Shown: positions 1 through 11,630 of the stretch, one piece after another
Layout: each line of letters opens with the position of its first letter
Position numbering within the stretch: the stretch's first letter is position 1
Origin: Rebecca billardiae RCC1528
Taxonomy: Eukaryota; Protista; Haptophyta
Assembly (NCBI GenBank): GCA_965240325.2
Contig: OZ251242.1
Location: forward strand, 1,302,001 to 1,366,000
Direction: 5' to 3'
DNA length: 64,000 bases
Program-made: the position numbers and the translations under genes
The notes under the pieces: model-generated
Databases searched by the model: none
Told to the model about the DNA's origin: nothing
What the model saw: the letters and a program-made list of their open reading frames with translations, nothing else

Positions 1-1570
1 GGTCAAGCGTCTGCAGGGAGCGGCTGTGGCGCACGGCGTCCGCGATGGCAGTGGCGCCAGCGGCGCCGATCTCGTTGGCACTGCGGGAGGCGCGGCGGGA
101 GGGGCGGGCGCGCGGCTGGGGTGTGAGTGGGTGTCGAGCGCGCGCGCGCGATGCGTGCCCGCCCGAGCATGCGCGAGCGCGCCGCACGCGCCGCTGCCAC
201 AGCGCTCCACGGCCGCGCCGCCCGCCCGCCGCCGCGTGCGCGCCCGAGCCCGCCGACGGGCCGCGCGCGCGGCGCACGCTCGGACATCACCGCGCGAGGG
301 CGCGCGGCGCGCGCGCGCGCGGCGCGCCGCGCTCGACGTGCGTCCGCAGCGCATGCCCCGGCTGGCGCCCACCCACCCACCCCCGCCCCTCCGCGCCACC
401 CCCGCCCCCGCACCCGCGCGCGTGCACACGTACTGGAGGTTGAGCTCCTGCAGGGAGCGGCTGTGGCGCACGGCGTCCGCGATGGCAGTGGCGCCAGCGG
501 CGCCGATCTCGTTGCCACTGCGGGAGGCGCGGCGGGAGGGGCGGGCGCGCGGCGCGGGCGTGAGTGGGTGCCGAGCGCGCGCGCGCGCAGCGTGCCCGCC
601 CGAGCACGCGCGAGCGCGCCGCACGCGCCACTGCCACAGCGCCCCGCGGCCGCGCCGCCCGCCCGCCGCCGCGCGCGCGCCCGAGCCCGCCGACGGGCCG
701 CGCGCGCGGCGCACGCTCGGACATCACCGCGCGAGGGCGCGCGGCGCGCGCGCGCGCGGCGCGCCGCGCTCGACGTGCGTCCGCAGGGCATGCCCCAGCT
801 GGCACCCGCTCACCCACCCCCGCCCCTCCGCGCCACCCGCGCGCCCGCCCCCGCGCGCGTGCACACGTACCCGAGGTTGAGCTTCTGCAGGGAGCGGCTG
901 TGGCGCACTGCTTCCGCGATGGCGGTGGCGCCAGCGTCGCCGATCTTGTTCCAACTGTGGAAGGCGCGGCGGGAGGGGCGGGCGCGCGGCGGGGGCGTGA
1001 GTGGGTGTCGAGCGCGCGCGCGCGATGCGTGCCCGCCCGTGCACGCGCGAGCGCGCCGCACGCGCCGCTGCCACAGCGCCCCGCGGCCGCGCCGCCCGCC
1101 CGCCGCCGCGCGCGCGCCCGAGCCCGCCGACGCGGCCGCGCGCGCGGCGCACGCTCGGACATCACCGCGCGAGGGCGCGCGGCGCGCGCGCGCGCGGCGC
1201 GCCGCGCTCGACGTGCGTCCGCAGCGCATGCCCCGGCTGGCGCCCACCCACCCACCCCCGCCCCTCCGCGCCACCCCCGCCCCCGCACCCGCGCGCGTGC
1301 ACACGTACTGGAGGTTGAGCTCCTGCAGGGAGCGGCTGTGGCGCACGGCGTCCGCGATGGCAGTGGCGCCAGCGTCGCCGATCTCGTTGCCACTGCGGGA
1401 GGCGCGGCGGGAGGGGCGGGCGCGCGGCGCGGGCGTGAGTGGGTGCCGAGCGCGCGCGCGCGCAGCGTGCCCGCCCGAGCACGCGCGAGCGCGCCGCACG
1501 CGCCGCTGCCACAGCGCCCCGCGGCCGCGCCGCCCGCCCGCCGCAGCGCGCGCGCCCGAGCCCGCCGCAG
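1..1570. repeat. Tandem exon+intron repeat, unit ~437-438 bp, at least 3.5 copies
   Basis: Exon starts at 1392, 954, 517 and 80 (spacings 438, 437, 437); intron sequences near-identical between copies. Confidence 0.95.
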
Positions 1571-3085
1571 CAGCCGCAGCGGCGTCGCCACGCGCGCGCG
1601 CGCACACCCGAGGTCGAAGACCACCGGGTCTGGGTTGGCCTTGAGCTGCAGCAGGCGCACGACGACGGCCTTGTGCGCTACCCACGCGCAGCCCCACGCC
1701 CACGCGAGTGCCGCCAGCGCAGGCGCGCTCTGCGCCTCGCGCCACGCGGACGGCCAGCGCAGCGCGGCCACCGCCAGCGCGGCCTCCGCGCAGCCGAGCA
1801 GGATGTGGGTGGGCGCCGTGCGCGCGAGCCACCCCGCCGAGCTCAGGTCGACCATGCCGACGGCGGCGTACACGATGCCCGCCTCCCACGCCGCGCTCCG
1901 CCAGGCCGCCAGCTGCCCTCCGCGCTCGAGTGCACCCATGACCTTGAGGTGGCCGCTGTAGCGCACGGAGGCGACCAGCGCGAGCGCCGCCGCAGCGAGC
2001 GCCGCCACCAGCCAGCTGCGGAACGCGCAGGCGAAGAGGCCGTGCGTCAGCGCGCGGCACAGCACGGACGCCACTGTACCCACGCGGCACGCCAGGTCGT
2101 CCAAACCCACCGTCCAGCCGACCACGGGCACGGTCACGCTCCACCAGTGCCCAACACTTGCCACGCTGCTGATGGTGTACACGTACGTGTGGTGGCCAAT
2201 CATCGAGGCAGAGAAGAGCAGCGAGGCGAGCGCCAGCGGCGTGGCGTGCGCGGCGCCGATGCGCAGCATCGCGTACCCCTGCAGGTACGTCTGCGGCGCG
2301 CTCTCCACCGTCGCCTCGAGCGCCTTTGCGTTGCGCAGCTTCCCTTCCGCCTCTCTGCGCATCCCCTCGGAAGCATCGGGGTGCAGCACGGCCACCTCTG
2401 CCGCGGCGCGCGCGACTTGGAGCGTGGGCAGCGCGCCCGCGGCGGTGAAGACGAAGGCGAGGCCCGCCCACAGCCGGTGCGCGCACCGCCACCACTGCGA
2501 CGCGAGCAGCGCGTCTGTGAACAGGTCGAACGCGGACATGGCCGCCGAGAAGAGGCTCTTCGCCGTGGACGCGGCCGCATCCCGGCTCTGCCACGCGCGC
2601 AGCAGCAGCAGCGCGGCGACTGCGAGGATGCCGGACGCGCCCGCCACGAAGGTCCAGCGCCCGGCGCGCTCGCCCGCCGAGCCCGGCGCCATGAGCCACT
2701 GCCAGTCCTGCCGCCCCACGCGCGCGAGGCAGCGCGCATCCTCGGGCACGTCCGCCGTCCCTCGCTGCTCCAGCAGGCTGAGCGAGCCCTTGATGTGGTG
2801 CCGCCAGTGGTACGCTGCGCTGGTGAGGAGGACAGTGCCGCACGCGGCGCCGACGACGAGCAGCCACCGCCCCGCGCCCCAACCCGCGAGCCGCTCGCGC
2901 ACCCCCCGCCGCGCGCCGTCGTCGCCGCCCGCGGCCGCGTCGCTCGGCTCGGCGCCATCTTGGACGAGCGTGGCGCGGACATCGGGCGGTGCCTCGGGCG
3001 CGCCGTCGTCGCCACGCTCCTCCTCGTCACTGGAGCGCACGCCGGCTTGCGTGCCGCAGGGGTTCTTGCCGCAGAAGAGCCACAT
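1..3085 (-). CDS. XK-related (scramblase-family) multi-pass membrane domain fused to C-terminal RNI-like LRR array; exons 3085-1608, 1392-1309, 954-871, 517-434, 80-<1 (continues beyond left edge)
   Basis: First ATG at 3085 (MWLFCGKN...). XK motifs: SAFDLFTDALLASQWW...WAGLAFVF, KALEATVESAPQTYLQGY, LALASLLFSAS. GT donor at 1607, then 84-nt exons bounded by CAG|...|GT encoding 28-aa LRRs (xNEIGDAGATAIADAVRHSRSLQELNLx), all phase 2. Confidence 0.85.
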
Positions 3086-3499
3086 GCTCGGGCGTAAGGG
3101 GGAGCGCGCGTGATAGATGGCGGCGGCGTCTGGCAAATGATGAGCCTGCGATCGGCCACGAGCTCGTTCGAGGCTCGAGCGCGTTCATTGATATGACTTT
3201 GTGAGAAGCCTTGGGCGTCTGGGACGCAACAATGACATCATATTATCATGGCGCCCAAATCGGATGCCAGTTTTCATAAGCAGGTGCGATTCCCCAGTGA
3301 GTATTATTCCGCGGGGGGGGCACGCCCGGATTTAACCGTGCCGCCCCCGCGGCTTTGTGCAACATCAAGGAGAGTCCGGACGCTTCCAGTCCGCCTCCAA
3401 GTGCGGGGACCCCTCGCGACGGCCGCGCCGCCGCACCCGAGCGTGCCGACCCGCGCCTCGTGATAACACGCGCATTTGGCGGGGCGCGGGCGGAGCGCG

Positions 3500-4095
3500 C
3501 CGCGCGCGGGCGCGTCGGCCCGTACGCTCGGAGCCCCGGGGGAGTCCACTCCGAGCGCGCCGCGCCGCGCCCGTCGCGCCGCGCCACGGCGTGCGCCGTG
3601 CACGCGTTCAGTGCGGCTCGGGTGCCGCGCGCCGCCACGGAGCGGAAAGAGAGCCGGGAGCGGGTGCGCTGGCGCGGGCGGGGTGTGGAGGCACGCTACG
3701 GGAGTCTACCTCTCGTGCCGCGCGCGCGCGCCCGCTCGGCGCCGTCGCTTGGCGCGGCCGTAGGCGTCCAAGCGTCGATGGTTGGCCTCGCTGTCGAGGA
3801 CCGCGCTAAGGGGGCCGCCTGGGGGCCGTAACGCTTGACGAGACCGAGCACGCTGCTGACGAGACCGAATACGCACCGGCACCGGCCCATGGAAGCCCGC
3901 CGCGCGCTGTGGCCGCGCGCCGCGCGCACATCAGGCGGGGCGCGCGCGGAGTCCGCCGCGCGTGGGGGCCTCAGCCAGTACGCTCAGGCCCCCGGGGGAA
4001 GCACATGCGACCTCGCCGCGCCGCGCCCGTCGCGCCGCGCCACGGCGTGAGCAGTGCGTCCCGGTTCGACCAGGGTCGCGGCGCGCGCCGCTGCG
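3500..4095. repeat. Diverged direct repeat (~140 bp x2; ~3500-3640 and ~3955-4095)
   Basis: Shared core cgccgcgccgcgcccgtcgcgccgcgccacggcgtg preceded by gtacgctc...gccccgggggga-like sequence in both copies. Confidence 0.55.
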
Positions 4096-5721
4096 CGCTA
4101 CCACTGGGGCGGATGGTGCGCGCCGCGCGCGCGGGGGCGGCTTGTGGAGGCGGGCGGTGACGGCCCGGCTCGTCTGCCGCGCGCGCGCCGCCCTGCGTTG
4201 CGTCCCGAACTCTCCGTGCTCGCAGGGTGCGGATGCTGCACGAGAGCCAGTGCTGTGACTCTCCGTGACGGGCTGGGCTGGGCTGCTAGGCGGCTGCGGG
4301 CCTCCCGTGTGGGTTGGATGGATGCCCGCTGCGACGCTGGCCGCACGATTGCGTCCTTCCGCTTTGCCTTGCCCTTGGCAGCTGCGCCACCGTTGTGCGG
4401 CATGTGCTGCCAGGTGAGCGAGGCTCGCTCCTCGGGCGGCTGGATGACCACAATCGCGGATGGCTTGGTGCGGACGGGGTGGTCTTGGTCCCCTGTCTCA
4501 TCGCCAGCACGTTGCGGCTGCAGCAGCCGCAGGCGTGTCTGCTTGATGGGCTCCGGCCGGCAGCCCAGACTCCATTTTACCTCTCACATCAGTGGGCCTT
4601 GGGGCAGTGAGCTGGTGTCAGGTGTGACGCCGGGCATCAAGCCTGAAATCGGCAGGGAGGCGGAGGGAGCGCACCACGTTAATTCACGTGCGACTCGTGC
4701 GACAGGTGCCTGGTGACGTCTCGCCGTATGGCCACTTGTGGGCCAACCGGCCAGTGCACGGCGCGGTTGGCTCGCTCGCACTGCGTCTGCGGCGCCTGGC
4801 CGGCACCAGGGTGCGTTCGTAAGATTCCTATAGTTTACCGCGGATCGTGTCAGACGTCACAGCCCATTGATGCGCGTCAGTCCGAGGTTAGCCAGCACGA
4901 GCACAGCCAGGGGGAAGCTATGCCGGAACCAAGTCGTGCTGCACAGGTGGCGCCACACCGCACGCGAGGACTCGCCGGCTGCGGGCTGGTCACTCCGTCA
5001 CTCGCATGGGCCACACCTCCGACCTCGACTGTCTCCTATACCTATGCTGGAACCAGAGATCGTCGTCTAGAAGGTGAGGCGGAACCTTGCGGGATGGTCA
5101 CGGCGCTGGATGGACAGAGGGAGCGCTGCTGAGTGCTGGCGAGGACATCGTTTGCGCAGCACGGCCGGACGGCCGCGGACCATTTCTTCTTTACGGTTAT
5201 GAGTACCAGGCGATCGAAATATGCAGCTTGACTGTTCGCGTTGACAGGTACAGGTGGATACGGGTGATCTGGACAGTGGCCGACCCAACTCACGCGGAGG
5301 CCTCCCTGGGAGCATTGGGGTCGAAGGGGCGCCAGGGACGGACTTCAGGGGGTCCCTGGAGTTCCGCCGCAGCGCGCTTTCTGCGCTGCGGGCCCGTCTC
5401 CGCGCGTGGCGGCCGCAATGGCACTGTCCAATTAGCCCCTGGCACTGGCTGAGGCATGGGAATCGAGCTCAGAGACGCGCGCGCGGAGGAAAAGCGTGTG
5501 CAGCGGCTCGGACGGTTGCTCTGGGACCTACCCACGCCAGCGCAACCGCGCCTTGCCTCGGAGTCCGCCCTTTCTGAGTCCGCGCACGCGCCTTGCGGCT
5601 AGTGAAACGCTGGCGTTCGCCCTTGTGCGTGGGACTCACGAAACAAGGCGAAGGCGGCGAGAAGCGCGACGACCTGGCGCGTGCGCAGACGACGTCTCAC
5701 GACCAGGTGAGTTCAGCGAAC

Positions 5722-6405
5722 ATCGTGCGCCGTCGTGGCGACCCGCCAGTGGGCGCTCGTGCTCGTTCGCCCACGAGCCCTCGCCACGAGGCCCGCCGCC
5801 CGCTGAGTGTCCAGATAGCCCCTGTGTCCAGTTAGCCCGTATCCACCTGTAATATTAATGGCATCCGGCAGTTTTTAACGGTCTGACGATCCGCTCTATG
5901 AGAGGCAGTACAATGTTGAGGGCGACCGCCCGTACTCGGCGTCCGGTGTGCGCCCTCGGCGAACACGCGCGCGGGCGCGGGCGGCGCGCACGCGCCACCG
6001 CCGCCGCCGCCGCCACCCGCCGCGGAGGCGGCGAGGCGCGGCGCAGCGATCGGCTCGGCAGGCAGCCGCGTCGCGCCGGGCGCGCAGCCCCAGCAGCAGC
6101 CCGGCCGTGTCGCGCCACGCGCGCATCGCCGCGGTGAGCCCTCGTCTGCAAGCGGGCTGCGCGCGTGTGGCGCGCGCGGGCGCACGGGACGGGGCGGGCG
6201 GGACGAGGCGGGCGGCGTGTCGGGCGGTTGTGGCCAATACATACCCCCATATTGCGGTGCGATGTACGCTAGTTTGTGCGCGCAGTGAGCAGCAGCCGCA
6301 GGGCGTTACCGTCTCGCGGGCGGCGGCGACCCTCGTGGCGAGGCGGCTCGTAGGCCGACGAGCATGAGCGCCCGATGGTGGGTCGCCACGGCTGTGGCGC
6401 ACGAC
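5722..6405. repeat. Imperfect inverted repeat, ~85-bp arms (5722-5803 / 6316-6405)
   Basis: cgtggcgacccgccagtgggcgctcgtgctcgttcgcccacgagccctcgccacgagg aligns to the reverse complement of 6316-6405. Confidence 0.65.
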
Positions 6406-6471
6406 GCTATGGTATGTACTGCAATACTAACTCCGAGGCGCCTCGCCCGGCCGCGGGACGTCGTCCGCACG

Positions 6472-6730
6472 TGCTGGCCAGGTCGCGCGCGCTTCTCGTG
6501 CAGCGTCTTCGACCGCGCGTTGTTTTGAACATCGGGAGTGCTGACGATGCCGCGCACAATATCGTAGTAGTCGCATCGTCAACAAGGTCGCCGCTGCGAA
6601 CACTGCGCGCCAGCGACGATACCCAGCCGTTGCTGGCCAGGTCGCGCGCGCTTCTCGTGCAGCGTCTTCGACCGCGCGTTCGCCGCGATTCCCGTTCGCC
6701 GCTGCAAACACTGCGCGCCAGCGACGATAT
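6472..6730. repeat. A-B-A-B mosaic duplication (~50 bp and ~33 bp modules) with short filler
   Basis: tgctggccaggtcgcgcgcgcttctcgtgcagcgtcttcgaccgcgcgtt at ~6472 and ~6631; cgccgctgc(g/a)aacactgcgcgccagcgacgata at ~6589 and ~6698. Confidence 0.8.
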
Positions 6731-7427
6731 AGCGCGCGTCGCGTGTTATTATCGTCAAGCCGCGGCGCAGCAGCAACGACTATACTGCTGCTCATGCCTG
6801 CTCGCTCGAACCGACTCCCAGGTCACCGCGGAGCCCGTGACGATTGGGATTTTATTAATAATGGGCCTTAGCCCCTCTTCTGCAGCTGCGAGCCGCTTGG
6901 CCGGCGCGCGGCGACGCGTACTACGACCTCATCCTCATCCAGGCGCCCACGCGGGCGCACGGGGGCGACAGCCGCGGCTGCCGCTTGCCGGAGCTGCTCG
7001 CCGCTAGGTCGGCGGGCGGCGACATCGACTACGACCTCACCCTCATCCAAGTGCTCCGGAAGGCGCTCGGCCGCGGCGGCATCTGCCGTCGCCGCCGCGT
7101 GCCCCAGGCCGAGGCGGTGCTCCATCCCGGCCCCGCTCCCGTAGGGGGGCAGGGCTGCGGGTGGCGCACTGTCTGACCTGGACGGAAGGCGCGGACGCAT
7201 TCTATGTGTCTGTTGCATTCTGAGCCTGACGCTTGTCCGATGCTGCCACGTCGTTAAATATATATATATATATTGTAAGACGCGATCGACCGTATAGTTA
7301 TTACGACGCGCGTGCGCCGCGCGGGACTTAGTAGCTACGAACTACACTCGGCACGGGTACGACGGGTACCAGGGCAGCCGCGGCCGTGCCGCGCCTGAGA
7401 CACGTGTATTTGCCACCCCCCCTGGGG

Positions 7428-7512
7428 GAGCCAATGACGGGGCAGCCAGGGGCCCGGGCCCCAGCCGGGAGCCAATGAGAGGGCAGCCCCCAGGGGCCGA
7501 GAGCCAATGAGA
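7428..7512 (+). promoter_or_regulatory. Three tandem GAGCCAATGA (CCAAT-box-like) motifs
   Basis: GAGCCAATGA at ~7428, ~7469 and ~7501, bracketed by TTTGCCACCC / GGGTGGCAAA. Confidence 0.4.
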
Positions 7513-7599
7513 GGCGAGGGTGGCAAACGCCCTCTGCGGCCGTCGCGCGCAGCTGGCGCAATTGTCTATAAGTACGCGGCAGCACTAGCCCCCCGCCCA

Positions 7600-10230
7600 T
7601 CCGGCCGCCACCGGACAGTCCGGGGCCCGGCGGCCGCGGCGCCGGCGTTGAGGGGGCGGGGGCGCGGGGCCGAGACGGCCGCGCGAGACGCGAGACGCGA
7701 GACGGCCGCCCGAGTCCGGGGCGCGAGTCCGGTCGGGGGCGCACGATGGCGGCGCGCCGCCATCGTGGCGCCAGCCTGCGCCCGCGGCCACCGCCGTCCA
7801 CCGTCGCACCCGCCCGTCCAGCTGCCGCCGGACAGTCCGGGGCCCGGCAGCCGCGGCGCCGGCGCCGAGGGGCCGGGGGCGGCGGGGCCGAGACGGCCGC
7901 GCGAGACGCGAGACGCGAGACGGCCGCCCGAGTCCGGGGCGCGAGTCCGGGCGGGGGCGCACGATGGCGGCGCGCCGCAATCGTGGCGCCAGCCTGCGCC
8001 CGCCGCCAACGCCACCCGCCACCCGCCGCCGCACCCGCCCGTCCGGCTGCCGCCGGACAGTCCGGGGCCCGACGGCCGCGGCGCCGGCGCCGAGGGGGCG
8101 GGCCGGTGGCGCGGCCGAGTTAGGGGGGCCAAACCGCTCATTTAAAAAAGAAAATCAAAGCCGCGGCGCATTTTCGCTCCTCCCTCGGCCTTTTAGGGTG
8201 GCGCGGAGCCTTTTTCTCGGACCCCGCTCGAAAATCGAGCTCCGACGCGTTCGGGCGCTCAGAGCTCGGTTCCGCTCCAGCACGAGCGGCCGGAGGCAGT
8301 GGACCGCCGCGCGCTCGCGTCCCATGATACGCCGAGATGGTCTCGGGAGCGCGCGCGCGTGACGCTGGTGGGCGCTTCTGACCCTTGTCTTTGCGCCACC
8401 AGCGGCTCACCACCCGGTTCTTGGCCACCTCGCGCCGTGCGCGGCGCGCGTCGGCCGGCTTGAATTGCTGCGCTGCGTACGCCCGTCACGCTACCCCTCC
8501 TTGTGGCTCAAGATCAACTCGCCCCGGCGAGATCGATGCTCGCCCCAGGTGTTCATGTGTATCCGTGGATGCCCAGCTCGCCTAACCTGCCCTGCTGCGC
8601 CGGAATCGCCGTCAGCAGACCGGCGCGAGCTCGCGCGCAACACCTCCGCGGAGCCCGCAACTGTCATGTTCCGCTCGTAGGGCCCGTGTTTGCACCTGCC
8701 GTGGCACTTGCGATGGTCAGCACGTTGGGTATGGGTCACGCGTGCCCCCAGATGGCGTCGGGGCGCCTCCCATTCGCCTCTCAGGACGTCGCGGACGTGC
8801 TCGCAGGCAGCGGATGGCTCATTCGACAGGTCCGACGTGCACTCGACCGTGCCTACAAGCGCGCCCCTGTGACGCGCATGCCTGCAGAAGCAGACGCAGA
8901 TGGGCCTCAATGCACCGTGGTGCGCCCAAGACCGGCGGGAGCGTCAGAGACCGTCTCAATCTTGACACCTTGCACACGCCGGCGCTTGCCATTGGGCTCC
9001 GCGCAGCCAGTCAGGAGCGCCGAACAGCGCCGGATCAGCCTCTGTAGGCCGAATATCCGCCCCAACGCCCAGAAATAGCGCGGAACAGGGTAGGGCGTAC
9101 ATATATGGACCGATCCTATGCAGCCTGGTTTGGTGCAGAGACGCCAGCCACCACCTGGAGCAGGCGTTTGCTGCCGAATCGCATGCTCGGCACTGTGCCG
9201 CACTGCGACGACGACAGATTTGACCTGCCTCGTAGGTCTCGGCCATGGAGCGGTGACGGTTGGCTCGAGTGACGTTAAACCTTGATTATGACCGAGAGTA
9301 CTCCCGGGCTGAGGACATGGGGCCGGTGCTTTGGGTCTACTATGTCTGCAATACGCCGTACGCATGGCCGTATACACTATACACAGTCTGAAAACGTATC
9401 TCGCGGCTCGAGATCAGACGAGACTGTATTCATCAGCATGGCGTCTATATACACGGTGGGTATGTAACGACCAGTGGCTTCCGGGAAACTACGTGTTTGA
9501 CAGCCTGCCAGTACACAGCCTATATCGCATGTTGGGACCTGCTGCTGCTGGGGACCCAGAACGATCTCGCCGAGATGCTCTATCAAAGTGAAGTCGACAT
9601 GGTCTATATGTCACAAATAAGACAGCCGTTACATGCCATTTCCAATAAGTTCAGGCTCATTCTAATAACTAAATATGCTAGCCGTTACGCCCTATATTCA
9701 GGGTATGTGAACCTGATTTTTTTACTTGGCTGGCCCAGACCCCTCCAGAGGGCATATGATCCAGCCCCAATTCAGCGCTAAACACTCGCTAGGACCAGCG
9801 CTCGTAGCCGTCAGTCACGTCACAGTGCCACTTTGGCCCCCCTAGCCGAGTCCGAGACGGCCGCGCGAGACGCGAGACGCGAGACGGCCGCCCGAGTCCG
9901 GGGCGCGAGTCCGGGCGGGGGCGCACGATGGCGGCGCGCCGCCATCGTGGCGCCAGCCTGCGCCCACCGCCACCGCCGCCCGCCGCCGCACCCGCCGGTC
10001 CGACTGCCGCCGGACAGTCCGGGGCCCGGCAGCCGCGGCGCTGGCGCCAGAGGGCGGGCGGGGGCGGCGGGGCCGAGACGGCCGCGCGAGACGCGAGTCA
10101 GCGACGGACGGCCGCCCGAGCCCGGGCGGGGGCGCACGATGGCGGCACGCCGCCATCGTGGCGCCAGCCCGCGCCCACCGCCACCGCCGCCCGCCACCCG
10201 CCGCCGCACTCGCCCGTCCGGCTGCCGGGT
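7600..10230. repeat. ~210-220-bp GC-rich tandem repeat (copies ~7600-8110 and ~9850-10230) split by the 8121-9844 insertion
   Basis: Unit contains ccggacagtccggggccc, gagacgcgagacgcgagacgg and the 26-bp palindrome cacgatggcggcgcgccgccatcgtg (7742, ~7960, ~9924, ~10135). Confidence 0.9.
8121..9844. mobile_element. Non-autonomous DNA transposon, hAT-like TAGGG termini, 13-bp TIR, 7-bp TSD
   Basis: TAGGGGGGCCAAA (8121-8133) / TTTGGCCCCCCTA (9832-9844); GCCGAGT directly on both sides (8114-8120, 9845-9851); interrupts the tandem repeat. Confidence 0.8.
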
Positions 10231-10539
10231 TTGACGGACCGAACCAGTCGCGCTCGCTCGCGTCCTGGCAAGCAGCCGAGTCCGGGCGACCGCGACCGCG
10301 CACGATGGCGCGCGTGGCCCGACGCCTGGCGCCACACAAAGGACTCACAGGTCCGCGCCGGCGGGGCTCGCGACCGCGCGGGCACGCGCCGGCCGCCCGG
10401 CCGCGCGCATGGCTCCGCAGCGGGCCTACGGAGACGGTGAAGCCGGGCGCGATGGCGCACGGGAGGCGACGCGGCGAACGGGGCTGCACGCATGCGGCGC
10501 CGCGACGGCAGGCCGCGGCCGCGGGCCGCGCGCACGGCG

Positions 10540-11560
10540 GCGCGCGGTGGACAAATGGCGGCGGCGGGCGGGTGGGCGGCGGCTGGTCAGGCGACCATCG
10601 CAAGGACTGCACAGCGACCCGTGACGAGCAGCTGCGCTGCGGCCGACTGACCCGTGCCGCCCGCGCGGCGCGGGCGGCACTCATCGATCGGGGGAGCCGC
10701 AGGCGGCGCGCGCGCGGCGCGCGGCGCGCGCGCGGTGGAAGGACAGGCGCGCGCGGTGGACAAATGGCGGCGGCGGGCGGGCGGGCGGTGGCTGGTCAGG
10801 CGACCATCGCAAGGACTGCACAGCGACCCGTGACGAGCAGCTGCGCTGCGGCCGACTGACCCGTGCCGCCCGCGCGGCGCGGGCGGCACTCATCGATCGG
10901 GGGAGCCGCAGGCGGCGCGCGCGCGGCGCGCGGCGCGCGCGCGGTGGAAGGACAGGCGCGCGCGGTGGACAAATGGCGGCGGCGGGCGGGTGGGCGGCGG
11001 CTGGTCAGTCGACCATCGCAAGGACTGCACAGCGACCCGTGACGAGCAGCTGCGCTGCGGCCGACTGACCCGTGCCGCCCGCGCGGCGCGGGCGGCACTC
11101 ATCGATCGGGGGAGCCGCAGGCGGCGCGCGCGCGGCGCGCGCGCGGTGGAAGGACAGGCGCGCGCGGTGGACAAATGGCGGCGGCGGGCGGGTGGGCGGC
11201 GGCTGGTCAGGCGACCATCGCAAGGACTGCACAGCGACCCGTGACGAGCAGCTGCGCTGCGGCCGACTGACCCGTGCCGCCCGCGCGGCGCGGGCGGCAC
11301 TCATCGATCGGGGGAGCCGCAGGCGGCGCGCGCGCGGCGCGCGCGCGGTGGAAGGACAGGCGCGCGCGGTGGACAAATGGCGGCGGCGGGCGGGCGGGCG
11401 GTGGCTGGTCAGGCGACCATCGCAAGGACTGCACAGCGACCCGTGACGAGCAGCTGCGCTGCGGCCGACTGACCCGTGCCGCCCGCGCGGCGCGGGCGGC
11501 ACTCATCGATCGATCGGGGGAGCCGCAGGCGGCGCGCGCGCGGCGCGCGGCGCGCGCCCT
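10540..11560. repeat. Tandem repeat, 5 copies of 202-209 bp
   Basis: acaaatgg at 10551, 10760, 10969, 11171 and 11373; near-identical units, each with a perfect 13-bp-arm hairpin gtgccgcccgcgc-g-gcgcgggcggcac. Confidence 0.95.
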
Positions 11561-11630
11561 GCCTGCCGCCACACCGCCGATGCCGACGGCGGCGACTCGG
11601 GCTCGCGCACAGCCGCCGCCGCCGGCGCAG

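Noticed and set aside
3-1961. Many long Arg/Ala/Pro-rich ORFs on both strands
   Set aside because: Stop-poor GC-rich intron repeats; the true coding parts are the 84-nt exons and the XK exon.
4200-5560. Possible degenerate transposase or recombinase
   Set aside because: No recognisable motif in the frames I translated; multiple stops.
8400-9780. hAT transposase inside the 8121-9844 element
   Set aside because: No convincing BED, DDE or dimerisation motifs; short broken frames only.
10540-11560. CRISPR-like array
   Set aside because: Units are near-identical end to end with no unique spacers, there are no cas genes, and the context is eukaryotic.
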